Of a stretch of 35,851 nucleotides of DNA, positions 8,734 to 18,184 are shown one piece after another. Positions within the stretch are counted from its first letter, which is position 1. Every line of letters starts with the position of its first letter. The DNA lies in the UHGV virus genome UHGV-0135983; one strand, written 5' to 3'. A model generated the notes under the pieces. The model saw only the letters and a program-made list of their open reading frames with translations, made no database searches and was not told where the DNA came from. Both the position numbers and the translations under genes were made by a program. The stretch is from a virus.

Positions 8734-11447
8734 TATTCATTACTCCATGAAAAGTAGTTTTTGACCCTGTTCATACGCTCATCATGTAAGCGCTGATACT
8801 GTTCATCGAGAGCACGATGTTTTTCCTTAAAGCCCCGAATATCTTTACCACGTAATATTTCCTCTTCGCCTTGTTTCTCCCTCTCCTGCTGCATTTTTTG
8901 ATATGGCCCCCATTTTTCAATGTCAGGTTTCCAGCGCATGGGACGACCAAATTTATCGTAATAAGGCTGTACGCTCTCGATTCCATCTTTATCTTTCATG
9001 CGAACAACAACTGAATATTTGCGGTCGCGAGGGGTATCCAAATCAGGCGTAATCTCTAACTCTCCACCAATACGAGATTCAGGTGTATTGGTGGTTATTA
9101 CGGGCGCAGCCCCGGAAGTTATTCCAAGCTCTGTTGGGCTCGTTAATATTTCTTTACTGCGTTCCCCATACATTAGTTCTTCTTTTTCTTCTTTCCACTG
9201 TGCAGCCTGCCACCCTGCCGGGCCATAATTATAAAGTGCTTCAGGTGCATATTTCATAAACTGGGCGCTGCCATTTACATCGCTAATACTCCATGTTCGG
9301 GATATCTGTACGTTGGTCATTTTTTTAGCTAATTCGGCGTTACCACCCGAATTGCGATAATTGATGTCATACAATGACTGGTAGTCATTACGGAATTTTA
9401 CAGCATTAGGATTCTGGTCATCCGCAGCGGGACCGCCAAAGCTGTACCATGGTTTCATGCTGCTGACTGCAGAATCCATCGCGCTGGCACGCTCTTTTTT
9501 GTACTCCTTCGTGCTCTGTGTAGAAGACAATTGAGATTTCAGTGCGTCGGTCTGGTTGTAGGTCACGTTCTGTGCTTGTTTTACAGCCGCATCGGGTGCC
9601 ATTCCAGCATCGGATAACTGTTTAACTGTCAGGTAAAAACTTTGCATATCCTTTGGCATGTCGCTAATAGATGCAGGATCCGCCCTGTACAGGGAATCGA
9701 ACAAATTAGCCCCCTGCTTCACCACGTCTGGGCTATCAGAGCGAGAAATAGCATTCAGCTGCGATGTAACTTGTGATGGGATAATGCCCGTCTGGTTAAC
9801 CTGCTGCACGATGGCGTCGTGAGTGGTGGCGTCGTTAATGCGGAAGTTAAGCGCCGATGGCGTATTGTCCGCCGCCTTCTGCATGGATTTGTTGCTCGGG
9901 TCGAGTTTCTCGCCGGAGATCAGCGCGTCGTTAAAGCGGGTAGCATCACGCTGCGCCTGAATATTGGCGTTGCTCTTCTGAACCAGCGCACTAAGTTTGC
10001 CGTACGCATCGAGTTTCAATGCGTAATCCGGGTCGTTTGCCTGCGGCTTCACTTTCGCCAGTTCGGCCTGCTGCTCTGCCGGGGTGACGTACTGGATAGC
10101 CTGGAAGGTTCTGGCGGTATCGATCGCGATATCCAGTTGCTTTACTACCTGCTGCCCTTTCTCGCCGTACATGAACATGATGGTTTCGGCATTAGGCATC
10201 GCTTCGGGAACATCACCATTGTACAGCTGAGAAAATGTATTATTAACGATGGGCTCCATCTGCTGGCGCAGCGCCGCTCGCTGTTCTCGGATCTGCGATT
10301 CGGCGATATTGTCGATTTTGTTTACCGCTACCGGGTCGAGGCCAGTTTTATTTTTGTTGTAACGGGAAAGCCAACCACGCGTTTCGGCTGGCAGCTGCTT
10401 AACGAAATCCGCCATTGAGATTTCGCCTTTGCGCGGATCGCCAACTTTAGCGATCAGCTTATCGACGTTACCCATACCCCAGTTATATGCAGCACCGGCC
10501 AGCGTTTCAGACTGATATTTTTTACTGAGCTGCCCGGCATAATCGCGCGCCAGCTGCGCATGCTGCACAGAGTCGTCCGGGTTGTACTCTACTCCACGTT
10601 TAGCCGCCAGTTCTTTCCCGGTGTCCGGCATCAACTGAAATTCACCCTGCGCGCCCGCGGGGGATGTAACAAGGCTACCATCTGCATTGCGGTGCTTGCC
10701 GCCAGATTCCACCAGGCCAACGGCGCGCATATCAAGTTCGCCGGTGCTGCTGTTGACCAGCGTAAAATCGCCATTAAGCCAGCCGGTGGGATTGGTTACT
10801 GCGTAGTTCTGCGCGCGCTGCTCCAGCGCTTTTTGATTCGCTTCGGAGACCGCACCGTCGATGCGTTCCTGCGACCAGCCGCGAGCCTGGCCATACATCT
10901 CGATCGAGTGTTTACGGGCGCTGCGTATCAGCCCCGCCTGCATCGGGTTATCGTAGGCGCTGGCCTCCTGTTCAACTGAAGAGGTCACCGTCGCGTTAAG
11001 CTGCTGGCGCTGGGCTTCCTCAGTCTGCGCCCGTTCGAAACCGCTATAGGTGCTTGTCCGGCGTACCTGCCCCGCTTTCCACTGCGCATCAAAATAGTTT
11101 AACTGGCTGGGCGGCACGCGCTTGCGCGCTTCCTCGTAATCGCCAGCGTCGGCCTTATCCATATCGATGACCACACCTGACGATTTAAAGCCCTGACGCG
11201 TAACCGTGGCGCCCGTCTCCGGGTTTTCCCAGCGGTCATTAGATTTAGCTTCCAGATCGGTCAGAATAGCCTGCGTGGCCGCGACGTCGGCTTTATCCTG
11301 ATCACGCTGCACCTGCTCTGCTACCTGCCCAGCAGCAGCGCCAAAACCAGATACTGCGTTACCCACAGCGCCCACATTGCTGACTGCGACGCGCGTAGGT
11401 TGTACCTGCGGCGTTACATTGCCAAAATTACCCGTTGGAATTCTCAC
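8733..11447 (-). CDS. internal virion protein with soluble lytic transglycosylase (SLT) domain
   Basis: 904 aa; SLT signature GLVESGG...GAQGEFQLMPDTG...AYNWGMGNV (catalytic E-S, Q-L-M-P, AYN-G blocks). Confidence 0.75.
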   Translation of the reverse strand: MRIPTGNFGNVTPQVQPTRVAVSNVGAVGNAVSGFGAAAGQVAEQVQRDQDKADVAATQAILTDLEAKSNDRWENPETGATVTRQGFKSSGVVIDMDKADAGDYEEARKRVPPSQLNYFDAQWKAGQVRRTSTYSGFERAQTEEAQRQQLNATVTSSVEQEASAYDNPMQAGLIRSARKHSIEMYGQARGWSQERIDGAVSEANQKALEQRAQNYAVTNPTGWLNGDFTLVNSSTGELDMRAVGLVESGGKHRNADGSLVTSPAGAQGEFQLMPDTGKELAAKRGVEYNPDDSVQHAQLARDYAGQLSKKYQSETLAGAAYNWGMGNVDKLIAKVGDPRKGEISMADFVKQLPAETRGWLSRYNKNKTGLDPVAVNKIDNIAESQIREQRAALRQQMEPIVNNTFSQLYNGDVPEAMPNAETIMFMYGEKGQQVVKQLDIAIDTARTFQAIQYVTPAEQQAELAKVKPQANDPDYALKLDAYGKLSALVQKSNANIQAQRDATRFNDALISGEKLDPSNKSMQKAADNTPSALNFRINDATTHDAIVQQVNQTGIIPSQVTSQLNAISRSDSPDVVKQGANLFDSLYRADPASISDMPKDMQSFYLTVKQLSDAGMAPDAAVKQAQNVTYNQTDALKSQLSSTQSTKEYKKERASAMDSAVSSMKPWYSFGGPAADDQNPNAVKFRNDYQSLYDINYRNSGGNAELAKKMTNVQISRTWSISDVNGSAQFMKYAPEALYNYGPAGWQAAQWKEEKEELMYGERSKEILTSPTELGITSGAAPVITTNTPESRIGGELEITPDLDTPRDRKYSVVVRMKDKDGIESVQPYYDKFGRPMRWKPDIEKWGPYQKMQQEREKQGEEEILRGKDIRGFKEKHRALDEQYQRLHDERMNRVKNYFSWSNE

Positions 11448-11452
11448 GTTTA

Positions 11453-11941
11453 TTACTCCGCATATAATCCGTATTTGCCAGTTTTAGCCTTTTGCCAGCC
11501 GCTGTACGCCGTCCCGCCGGCGCTTAATAGCGAACTGCCGGCGCTGATATTTCCAGCCGTCGCCGCATTCCTGCCACTGATACGATCGGCCTGTGCCTGC
11601 GCCTGCAGACGGTTAGACGAATTCACGCCATTAAGGATCGTCTGGTAAGCGTCCTGCTCTGCGTCTTCGGTAATGCCAGAAGTAATGCGCAGTGCAGTGC
11701 CTTCGCCGGTTTCCACACCTGACGCCGCCAGCGAAGCGTTAGCCGCTGCAGCCTGTTTACGCCCTGCTTTACGGATGCGGTCGGCTTCCACCCGTGCGGC
11801 TTTCTGACTCGCCTCGGCGTCAGCTTCCGCCTGTGCAGCCTGATAGTTCGCCATTTTTTTCTGCTGCTGCCCGCTATACGCTGCGCCGCCAGCGGCCAGC
11901 ACTGAGGACGCTATTACAGCGATTTCTACGCCAGTGCACAT
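11453..11941 (-). CDS. internal virion protein A (T7 gp14-like)
   Basis: 162 aa, starts MC, Ala/Gln-rich, immediately upstream of the large internal virion proteins. Confidence 0.5.
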   Translation of the reverse strand: MCTGVEIAVIASSVLAAGGAAYSGQQQKKMANYQAAQAEADAEASQKAARVEADRIRKAGRKQAAAANASLAASGVETGEGTALRITSGITEDAEQDAYQTILNGVNSSNRLQAQAQADRISGRNAATAGNISAGSSLLSAGGTAYSGWQKAKTGKYGLYAE

Positions 11942-11943
11942 CG

Positions 11944-12396
11944 TTAAACCTCCATCGAATAAAGCAGGCCTGTTTGCTGCAGGCCGAGACGCGAATACAA
12001 CTGGCCGGTGCGTTCTGCGTGCACCCCAGTGGTGATCCCCATGTTGATAACGGCGGCGCCGTGCTCTTTTGACCAGTCGATAAAGGCGCGTGCCAGTCGC
12101 GGCCCGGCGCTGCCGCCTCGATGTTCTGGCGCGACAAATAAGCCGTATTCAAAAGCCATCAACTGGCGGGAGAAAAATTGCTCTGCGATACCGCCGCCAA
12201 GCCAGCCGATCACATGCCCGTCTTTTTCAGCGACCAGCACACAACCAGACGGCGAATAAATCAGGCTCTGCGCCAGTTCTGCACATTTATCCGCGTCAAA
12301 CGGCGAATTTAGCGAGTAACGGGACTCGAGATACATCCGGGTCCCCAACTCGATAAGCGCCGGGATATCCCCGGCTGTGGCGTTACGAATCATCAT
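11944..12396 (-). CDS. GNAT-family N-acetyltransferase
   Basis: Start taken at MMIRNATAGDIPALIELG, overlapping the tail tubular B stop as TAATG; acetyl-CoA motif A-like VAPEHRGGSAGPRLARAF; longer 216-aa ORF would overlap the upstream gene by ~200 nt. Confidence 0.7.
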   Translation of the reverse strand: MMIRNATAGDIPALIELGTRMYLESRYSLNSPFDADKCAELAQSLIYSPSGCVLVAEKDGHVIGWLGGGIAEQFFSRQLMAFEYGLFVAPEHRGGSAGPRLARAFIDWSKEHGAAVINMGITTGVHAERTGQLYSRLGLQQTGLLYSMEV

Positions 12397-14384
12397 TAGC
12401 CCCCGTTGCTGGTAAATACGATGACAATGGCGAGAAGATGAAATGGCAGCGGCTGGCGCTGCTGAATAGTCAGCGTGTCTTCTCCGCGCTCCCAGCCAAG
12501 TTTTCCCCAGTAGTGATCGCCGGTGAACAACGGCGCCGGCTGGTTGAGGATTTTTGGCCCGAACGTGCGGAACGGGATCACCTGGCCGTTGCACTCTGCG
12601 CCAGTGGTTTCGAGGAAACGCATAGTGACTTCACTTGTGCGCTTACGGGTGTTCTGCGTGGTGCCTTCAGACGTGGCGACTTCAGGTGTCAGCGTGGTAA
12701 TGGTTGTTTCAAAGTGCAGGCCGATTTCGACTTTGTAGGCTTTGCGCGATAGCGTGATTTGGCCGGATGAAACGACCGCCTGCGGCATCACTGAGCCATC
12801 AGCGACAATATCGACGGTCTCGCCTTCGAGGTGCGACAGTCCGCCCCATGTCGTTGCGCCAGTATCACTGGAGCCCGTCACGGCTGCATCGGTGTACAGG
12901 GCGTTACTGAACATTTCGACATAGCGAACGGTCTGGCCGTTGACCGTACGGCGCACAATGGCGTACACCACATCGTCAGTCGCTGAGGGAATAGTCGCTA
13001 CGGACTCAAACGCACCACTGGTGATCTGTCGTGACCACGCGACAACGTTCTGCACCCGGTCGATAGCCATTGTCACCATTACGCCATCATTGCGAACCAG
13101 CCAGGTAAACGCATCAGGTTGCTGCTGATACGCCATATCGATCACACCGCCTTCTGTGATGTGTTCCGCCAGTACAGTCATATCGTTGGCCGAGTAAGCT
13201 ACATAGCTGTCGGGGTCATAGGCGACAGCGTAGAGCTTACGGCCAGAACGCTGGACGAACATAATTTCGGTACCGACGCGCACCGGCCGGATCCCGTTGC
13301 ATCCGTACGGGCTGGGATTTTTTACCGAAATATTGGTAGGCGTAATCGCCGCATCATTGCCGGCGGTGATGGTGAACTCGCCGCCGTACGTCAGCGCAAT
13401 TAGCGTATTCATCTGCGCGAGGTGAACAATCGGGTTAAGCTGGTCAGAAGAGAGCGTAAAGCTGATCGCGTCGTCGTCATCGGTTCCCAGCTCGAAAGAG
13501 AGGTATACGCCCGATTCGCTCCACCAGATAGTTTGCGGATACTGCGGCGAACCAGCCAGAACCAACCGCTGCTGGTAAAGCGTTACCGCACCCGGGTATC
13601 CAAATTCATCCGTCCAGACAGAATCCTCGCGAGTCCAGGCGCCCGGCGATGCTGCCTGCGTTGCGCTTAAATCGGTGCGAATGGTACCGACAGCAACCTG
13701 TGCACTGGTTACGCTCTTGATCAGCACCAGACCGCTGTTAATCCTTACGTACGAGCCCACATCTTCAGGCACCCAGCCATCACCGGTGAGCGTTCCGTCT
13801 CCGCTTTCTGGCGGTTCATCATCGCTCAGTGTCAGCGTGATTTCCGAGCCGACGAATTCTTTCACTGATGGCTTGCACCACTTTTGCGGTGTGTCGCGTA
13901 CTTCGTCGAAGGGTTCAACGATAAACGGCGCCGGTTCCAGAACCCAATCGGTTTGCCCGCGTCGCTGCAGGCGATACGGTTTAACGGCCTGATGCACCAG
14001 AAACATGGTATCGGCGCCCTGAACGTAATTTACCGATGGCAGCATGTCAGAGGTGTACGGGCTGGCGATTTCATACGGCGTGTTATCGTCGTTCACCAGC
14101 TGCTTACCGTCCTGGTAAATTCGCAGATAGCCGTCGCCAAATTCCAGAATGTACGCCTGCGTGCGGTTAAAAACGTACGGAATGAGGCGGGATTTTTTAT
14201 CACCGTACTTTGTGGCCGCTACATACTGCGAACCGGGACGACGCATTACCCCGCCCTGTACCACGACCACGCTATTTTCCAGCGTCTTCGCGCCGTTCGC
14301 ATAGCGATCGATATCCACGCGCCCCATAAGACGTGGGGAAATTTCGCCGGCGGTGAAGTTGGTTTTAATCAGACTGGCGCGCAT
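12396..14384 (-). CDS. tail tubular protein B (T7 gp12-like)
   Basis: Start at MRASLIKTNFTAGEISPRL (GAGG RBS), similar in pattern to the gp12 N-terminus; follows tail tubular A. Confidence 0.7.
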   Translation of the reverse strand: MRASLIKTNFTAGEISPRLMGRVDIDRYANGAKTLENSVVVVQGGVMRRPGSQYVAATKYGDKKSRLIPYVFNRTQAYILEFGDGYLRIYQDGKQLVNDDNTPYEIASPYTSDMLPSVNYVQGADTMFLVHQAVKPYRLQRRGQTDWVLEPAPFIVEPFDEVRDTPQKWCKPSVKEFVGSEITLTLSDDEPPESGDGTLTGDGWVPEDVGSYVRINSGLVLIKSVTSAQVAVGTIRTDLSATQAASPGAWTREDSVWTDEFGYPGAVTLYQQRLVLAGSPQYPQTIWWSESGVYLSFELGTDDDDAISFTLSSDQLNPIVHLAQMNTLIALTYGGEFTITAGNDAAITPTNISVKNPSPYGCNGIRPVRVGTEIMFVQRSGRKLYAVAYDPDSYVAYSANDMTVLAEHITEGGVIDMAYQQQPDAFTWLVRNDGVMVTMAIDRVQNVVAWSRQITSGAFESVATIPSATDDVVYAIVRRTVNGQTVRYVEMFSNALYTDAAVTGSSDTGATTWGGLSHLEGETVDIVADGSVMPQAVVSSGQITLSRKAYKVEIGLHFETTITTLTPEVATSEGTTQNTRKRTSEVTMRFLETTGAECNGQVIPFRTFGPKILNQPAPLFTGDHYWGKLGWERGEDTLTIQQRQPLPFHLLAIVIVFTSNGG

Positions 14385-14385
14385 G

Positions 14386-14949
14386 TCAGAACCTCGATTC
14401 GTACGTTGGATAGCCGCCAAGCTCTTCCGGCGGGTCTTCCTGACCATCTACCGCTTTCGCCTGCTTCAGCAGTACCAGCGATTCCTGGGCGATACTGTCG
14501 CGCAGACTGGTAGAGCCGGTGACGGCATAGGCCAGCTTTGCCTGCATCATCATTTCTGCCACATCAACGAGCGCGGCATCCCAGGTGGATTCGTCTTCGT
14601 TGCGGAACACATAACGCAGCTTCAGTACCTGCACGTTCGCCAGCAGCCGGTTTCCTTCGACGCGGTACGGGATATCGTCGTAAGGTTCCCCAACGGACAG
14701 AACGCGAAGAAGATCACCGGGTAGTGCGAACTGAAAGCGGAAACCGAATACCGGTGCCGTACTGACAGGAGAGAGAACCACACGTTTTACAACGCAGTTC
14801 CACGGATGCACGCGCAGTAGCTTATTGCGTACGGTGGGATAAAGGTTTGAGCACAGGCGGGCGTGATCGGTGTTTTCGTCGAAACTGTTAATCGGGTGAG
14901 CACCGAGCGCCAGCAGTGCGTTAGAGCAGATAGAAATACTGTCAGCCAT
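14386..14949 (-). CDS. tail tubular protein A (T7 gp11-like)
   Basis: 187 aa, directly downstream of capsid gene and terminator. Confidence 0.6.
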   Translation of the reverse strand: MADSISICSNALLALGAHPINSFDENTDHARLCSNLYPTVRNKLLRVHPWNCVVKRVVLSPVSTAPVFGFRFQFALPGDLLRVLSVGEPYDDIPYRVEGNRLLANVQVLKLRYVFRNEDESTWDAALVDVAEMMMQAKLAYAVTGSTSLRDSIAQESLVLLKQAKAVDGQEDPPEELGGYPTYESRF

Positions 14950-14963
14950 AGCCTTACCTCAGA

Positions 14964-14992
14964 TGAAAAAAGGCCGGGAGATATCCCCCGGC
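14964..14992 (-). terminator. intrinsic terminator after the capsid gene (T-phi-like position)
   Basis: On - strand: GCCGGGGGATATCTCCCGGC hairpin followed by CTTTTTTC. Confidence 0.7.
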
Positions 14993-15008
14993 AAAGGCAC
15001 CAGCGGCT

Positions 15009-15920
15009 TTATGCTACGAAATCGATGGCGACTACTTTGTTTTCCGCTGCGCGGCCTGCACCATAGGACGCATCGACGGAAATCTGAATGGTGTTGTTTT
15101 TATCGCGGCGCGGGCCGATATCGACGTTGTACTCTTCGCCGGTACCAAAATGCACAGCAGATTTACACCAGGCTGCGGCGGTTTTGGTGGTTACAGCGGG
15201 ATCACCTGCTGAAGCAGAATCCAGTTTTTCATACGCCAGCCACTTAAAGCCCAGCCAGTTACCAGACACTGCGCCTTCCTGCAGCATTTTCACTGCCATA
15301 AAGTCGGCGCTGGTCAGCGTGGTATCGCTGAGGATTTGGGTCAGCATGTCGGCGTTGTAGGTGATATACAGCTCTTCACCGTTCTGCTCGTCACACTCGT
15401 TACGGCGGAACATGGCTTTCGCGGCGATCAGCTTCGCTTTGGTCATCCCTGTACCGCCAGCAACGATTTTCTGCGATGCAGGCAAGGCAACTGGAGCGTA
15501 CGCGCCAGTATTGGAGGTTTTACGCAGAACGGTATCGAGCAGCGCGCGATAAATAACATCGTCTTTTTTGCGGTTGGATGCGGCCAGCGTCAGCTGCAAA
15601 TATGGCCCCTGCGGGTCAGCCAGCAGTTTGCGCAGGTCGCGCTTTTCCACTGGCACGAATACGCCATAGTCAGCCATCAGCGCATTACGGGTGCCGGCAT
15701 CAGGCAGATCCCAGACGGTATCACCGAAACGCTCGGTGATCTGGGTCATTTCGATGGTACCCATATCGTTGATGGTGAACGACGCACCGGTAATATTGCC
15801 ACGGTCGTAAACAGCAGCTTGCAGGCGGGAATCCTTCTGCTGTGCGGCAATTTCGAAAGAATCATGGAACTGCTGAACAAACGCAGCGGTGATCATGTTC
15901 TTAGCGGTATCAAATGACAT
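15009..15920 (-). CDS. major capsid protein (T7 gp10-like)
   Basis: Start at MSFDTAKNMITAAF with GGAGTGA RBS; 303 aa; pattern ELYITYNADMLTQIL resembles gp10 VFYCDPDSYSAIL. Confidence 0.8.
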   Translation of the reverse strand: MSFDTAKNMITAAFVQQFHDSFEIAAQQKDSRLQAAVYDRGNITGASFTINDMGTIEMTQITERFGDTVWDLPDAGTRNALMADYGVFVPVEKRDLRKLLADPQGPYLQLTLAASNRKKDDVIYRALLDTVLRKTSNTGAYAPVALPASQKIVAGGTGMTKAKLIAAKAMFRRNECDEQNGEELYITYNADMLTQILSDTTLTSADFMAVKMLQEGAVSGNWLGFKWLAYEKLDSASAGDPAVTTKTAAAWCKSAVHFGTGEEYNVDIGPRRDKNNTIQISVDASYGAGRAAENKVVAIDFVA

Positions 15921-16068
15921 AACAATCACTCCAGAAAGTATCGCCTGCGGGGTATCGGTTTCCCGGCCCAAATCAGCACAATGCGGTTGGCGCTGGCGCA
16001 TTGCGGGAAAATCAGGTATCCGGCGTCCCCGCCGGGCTGGTTGTGGAGTGATTGTTAGCGAGGAGAGC

Positions 16069-16084
16069 GGTCGGAATCCCGACC
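16069..16084 (-). promoter_or_regulatory. conserved late-junction element copy 4 (GGTCGGAATCCCGACC), in capsid leader
   Basis: Same invariant 11-mer, ~150 nt upstream of the capsid ATG; leader also has a 12-bp inverted repeat pair at 15921..15932 and 16047..16058. Confidence 0.5.
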
Positions 16085-16109
16085 AAATGAGCGAAAGTAA
16101 GCCGTGCTG

Positions 16110-16994
16110 TTACCCTCTGGGTTCTTTTATCCTATAACCTGTGCCAGGCATGAATTCATCAATAACTCTTGCCGCGTGACCTATAACTCGAAACGCTGAG
16201 CGTGCTTCTTCATCGGTAATTTTAGTCGCTTTAGTCGGGTCATAATCAGGAGTTTGGTCATCGTCAAAATGTACTCGATAGCCAAATTTTGATATTTCTC
16301 TGAAAATGGAACTAACTGACCTATCAATAGTTGCCATAGTGTCCATTAATCTATTTTTATCCTCCTCAATTTTATTTTTTATTTTCTCATAAGGGCCTAG
16401 CTCATCTACTAAATCTTTAAGAGCATCCGACTTAGAATTTATTTCACCTTCAATTTCATTAAGTTTCCCTTCCGCCAACTCAAGCTTCGAACTTAAAATA
16501 TTAAATTGTTCTTCAGCTTCTTCATATGACTTCTTAATGCTCTCGATATCATGTGTAACTTTAGTAACCTTGAGTTCTTCTTCTGCATTCCTTTTTGCAA
16601 ACAGAGATGTTTGATAAGCTAGTGCGCTATCTGCTTTAGCTGTGTATTCAGCAATGATTTCACGAGCCTCACTCTCAGATTTTGCCCTTTTGATATCGTT
16701 ACCATCAGCGATTTTTTGCGCGCATCTTTGAAAAAAACTCACAGCATGACTAGCATAAGGAAAAAGAACGGCAATAATAAAACCCAAAAGGATAGGAGCA
16801 ACTACAGAATACCAAAAAATACATGGTTCACTTTTCACTTTAATGATTCTATCTTGTAGTTCTCCACTACCCATTAAAACTATCAATAAACTATCCCAGT
16901 TAAACCCCAGCCATGAGAGGACTATGAACCCGAAAAGAGGAGTGTTTATTCTTTGAATTAAAGTTTTCTTTACCGCATCAGCTAATTCGTCCAT
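16110..16994 (-). CDS. membrane-anchored coiled-coil protein (AT-rich moron between scaffold and capsid)
   Basis: 294 aa; two predicted TM helices then a long Glu/Lys-rich coiled-coil region; visibly AT-rich; AAGGG RBS; candidate promoter and an upstream terminator. Confidence 0.6.
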   Translation of the reverse strand: MDELADAVKKTLIQRINTPLFGFIVLSWLGFNWDSLLIVLMGSGELQDRIIKVKSEPCIFWYSVVAPILLGFIIAVLFPYASHAVSFFQRCAQKIADGNDIKRAKSESEAREIIAEYTAKADSALAYQTSLFAKRNAEEELKVTKVTHDIESIKKSYEEAEEQFNILSSKLELAEGKLNEIEGEINSKSDALKDLVDELGPYEKIKNKIEEDKNRLMDTMATIDRSVSSIFREISKFGYRVHFDDDQTPDYDPTKATKITDEEARSAFRVIGHAARVIDEFMPGTGYRIKEPRG

Positions 16995-17063
16995 ACGCTT
17001 ACCCTTATGAAGAAACTATCGAAGGATATTTAAGAGTAAAAGGCAAGAAAAGTCATTAACTTT

Positions 17064-17095
17064 AAATAGAAAAAGCCAGCGAAGTTATACTGGCC
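17064..17095 (-). terminator. putative intrinsic terminator after scaffold gene
   Basis: On - strand: GCCAG...CTGGC hairpin followed by TTTTTCTATTT. Confidence 0.45.
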
Positions 17096-17115
17096 TTTGA
17101 TATTACCGTGGCGTG

Positions 17116-17964
17116 TCACACTACGGTTTGCTCGCCGTAACGCTTCTGGTAGTACGCTTTAACCTGTGCAGATACGCGTTCATGGTCGGTATGCTTCGGA
17201 TTCATGTACGCTTCGGACTTCATCAGGTCGCGGATTGATTGCTGCTCTGCCGGGTTGCTGTCTGCGCCCGCTGGCGCGTCTTCCTGCATTTCCGCACCGA
17301 TTTTCGCCAGCATGCGGATCACCATCGGGTTATTGCCGATTTCATCAATGCGGCCGCGATCACCTTCATCGGTCAGGGAATTGAACGCGCGGAAAGCCAG
17401 ACCGATATTCTTGTTAAATTCCGCGTCAGTCTTCCAGACTTCGCGCAGCTGCGTGGTGGCCGCCTCCGAATCCAGCGCCGCGGCGCCGTTGACCAGTTCA
17501 GGCGCAATCTGCGCGTATTCGCTGATAATAAATCCCATCTGATCGTTAGTGATGCCCTTGGCGTGCGCCGACTTCATGAATGATTGCATGCGGGGATCGG
17601 CCTTGAACTCGTCCCAGTTGAAGCCCTCGGCCTTCACCTCAGGTGCATAATCATCTGCCGTTTTCGGCGGCGCGTCGCCGCTGCCCATGCGCTTTTCAAG
17701 GTGCGAGTAAGCATGCGCCAGTTTGCGGGCAGAGCCTTCAATGTCGAGTTTTCCACCTTCGCCCATAACGCGGTATTTTTCAGGTATCCAGTCATTCGCG
17801 CCCGGTTCGCCCGCTCCGGTGCTGAGAAGTGTATTGCCAGCAGAATTATCAGCGCCCTGATTTTCAGTACCACCGCCATTGCCACCATCATTACCCCCTG
17901 TGCTGCCTGCTGGCGCTTCGGCGCCCTGCTCGGCGTTCATGAATAAGTGTTTAATCTTCCACAT
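17116..17964 (-). CDS. scaffolding protein (T7 gp9-like)
   Basis: 282 aa, acidic, Gly/Ala-rich N-terminus, between portal and capsid. Confidence 0.6.
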   Translation of the reverse strand: MWKIKHLFMNAEQGAEAPAGSTGGNDGGNGGGTENQGADNSAGNTLLSTGAGEPGANDWIPEKYRVMGEGGKLDIEGSARKLAHAYSHLEKRMGSGDAPPKTADDYAPEVKAEGFNWDEFKADPRMQSFMKSAHAKGITNDQMGFIISEYAQIAPELVNGAAALDSEAATTQLREVWKTDAEFNKNIGLAFRAFNSLTDEGDRGRIDEIGNNPMVIRMLAKIGAEMQEDAPAGADSNPAEQQSIRDLMKSEAYMNPKHTDHERVSAQVKAYYQKRYGEQTVV

Positions 17965-18184
17965 CGTCGTTTACTCCATCTACACGGTTGATTTGCATCA
18001 GAATGAAATCGAGCACGGCACGTTGTCCGGCCCGGTAACAGGTTTCGCGGTCGCCCTCGGCGCCGCCGGGAACGTATGCCGCACGCCCGAATCGGCGCGT
18101 TAAATCATCCAGTACCTGCGTGCCGCCCGGCATTTCCTCGAAAATGCGTTTGTAGTCCGCCGGTGATACTTGTTTAGTAGCCAT
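17951..18184 (-). CDS. hypothetical small protein between portal and scaffold
   Basis: 77 aa ORF, start overlaps portal stop. Confidence 0.4.
   Translation of the reverse strand: MATKQVSPADYKRIFEEMPGGTQVLDDLTRRFGRAAYVPGGAEGDRETCYRAGQRAVLDFILMQINRVDGVNDDVED

Noticed and set aside
9819-10418. 199-aa ORF on the + strand (also 13884..14513 and 15336..15917)
   Set aside because: Antisense to well-supported virion genes in GC-rich coding DNA; interpreted as frame shadows.
1162-16084. tRNA T-arm-like reading of GGTCGGAATCCCGACC
   Set aside because: Four dispersed copies at gene junctions, no acceptor or anticodon arm context, and a 4-nt rather than 7-nt loop.
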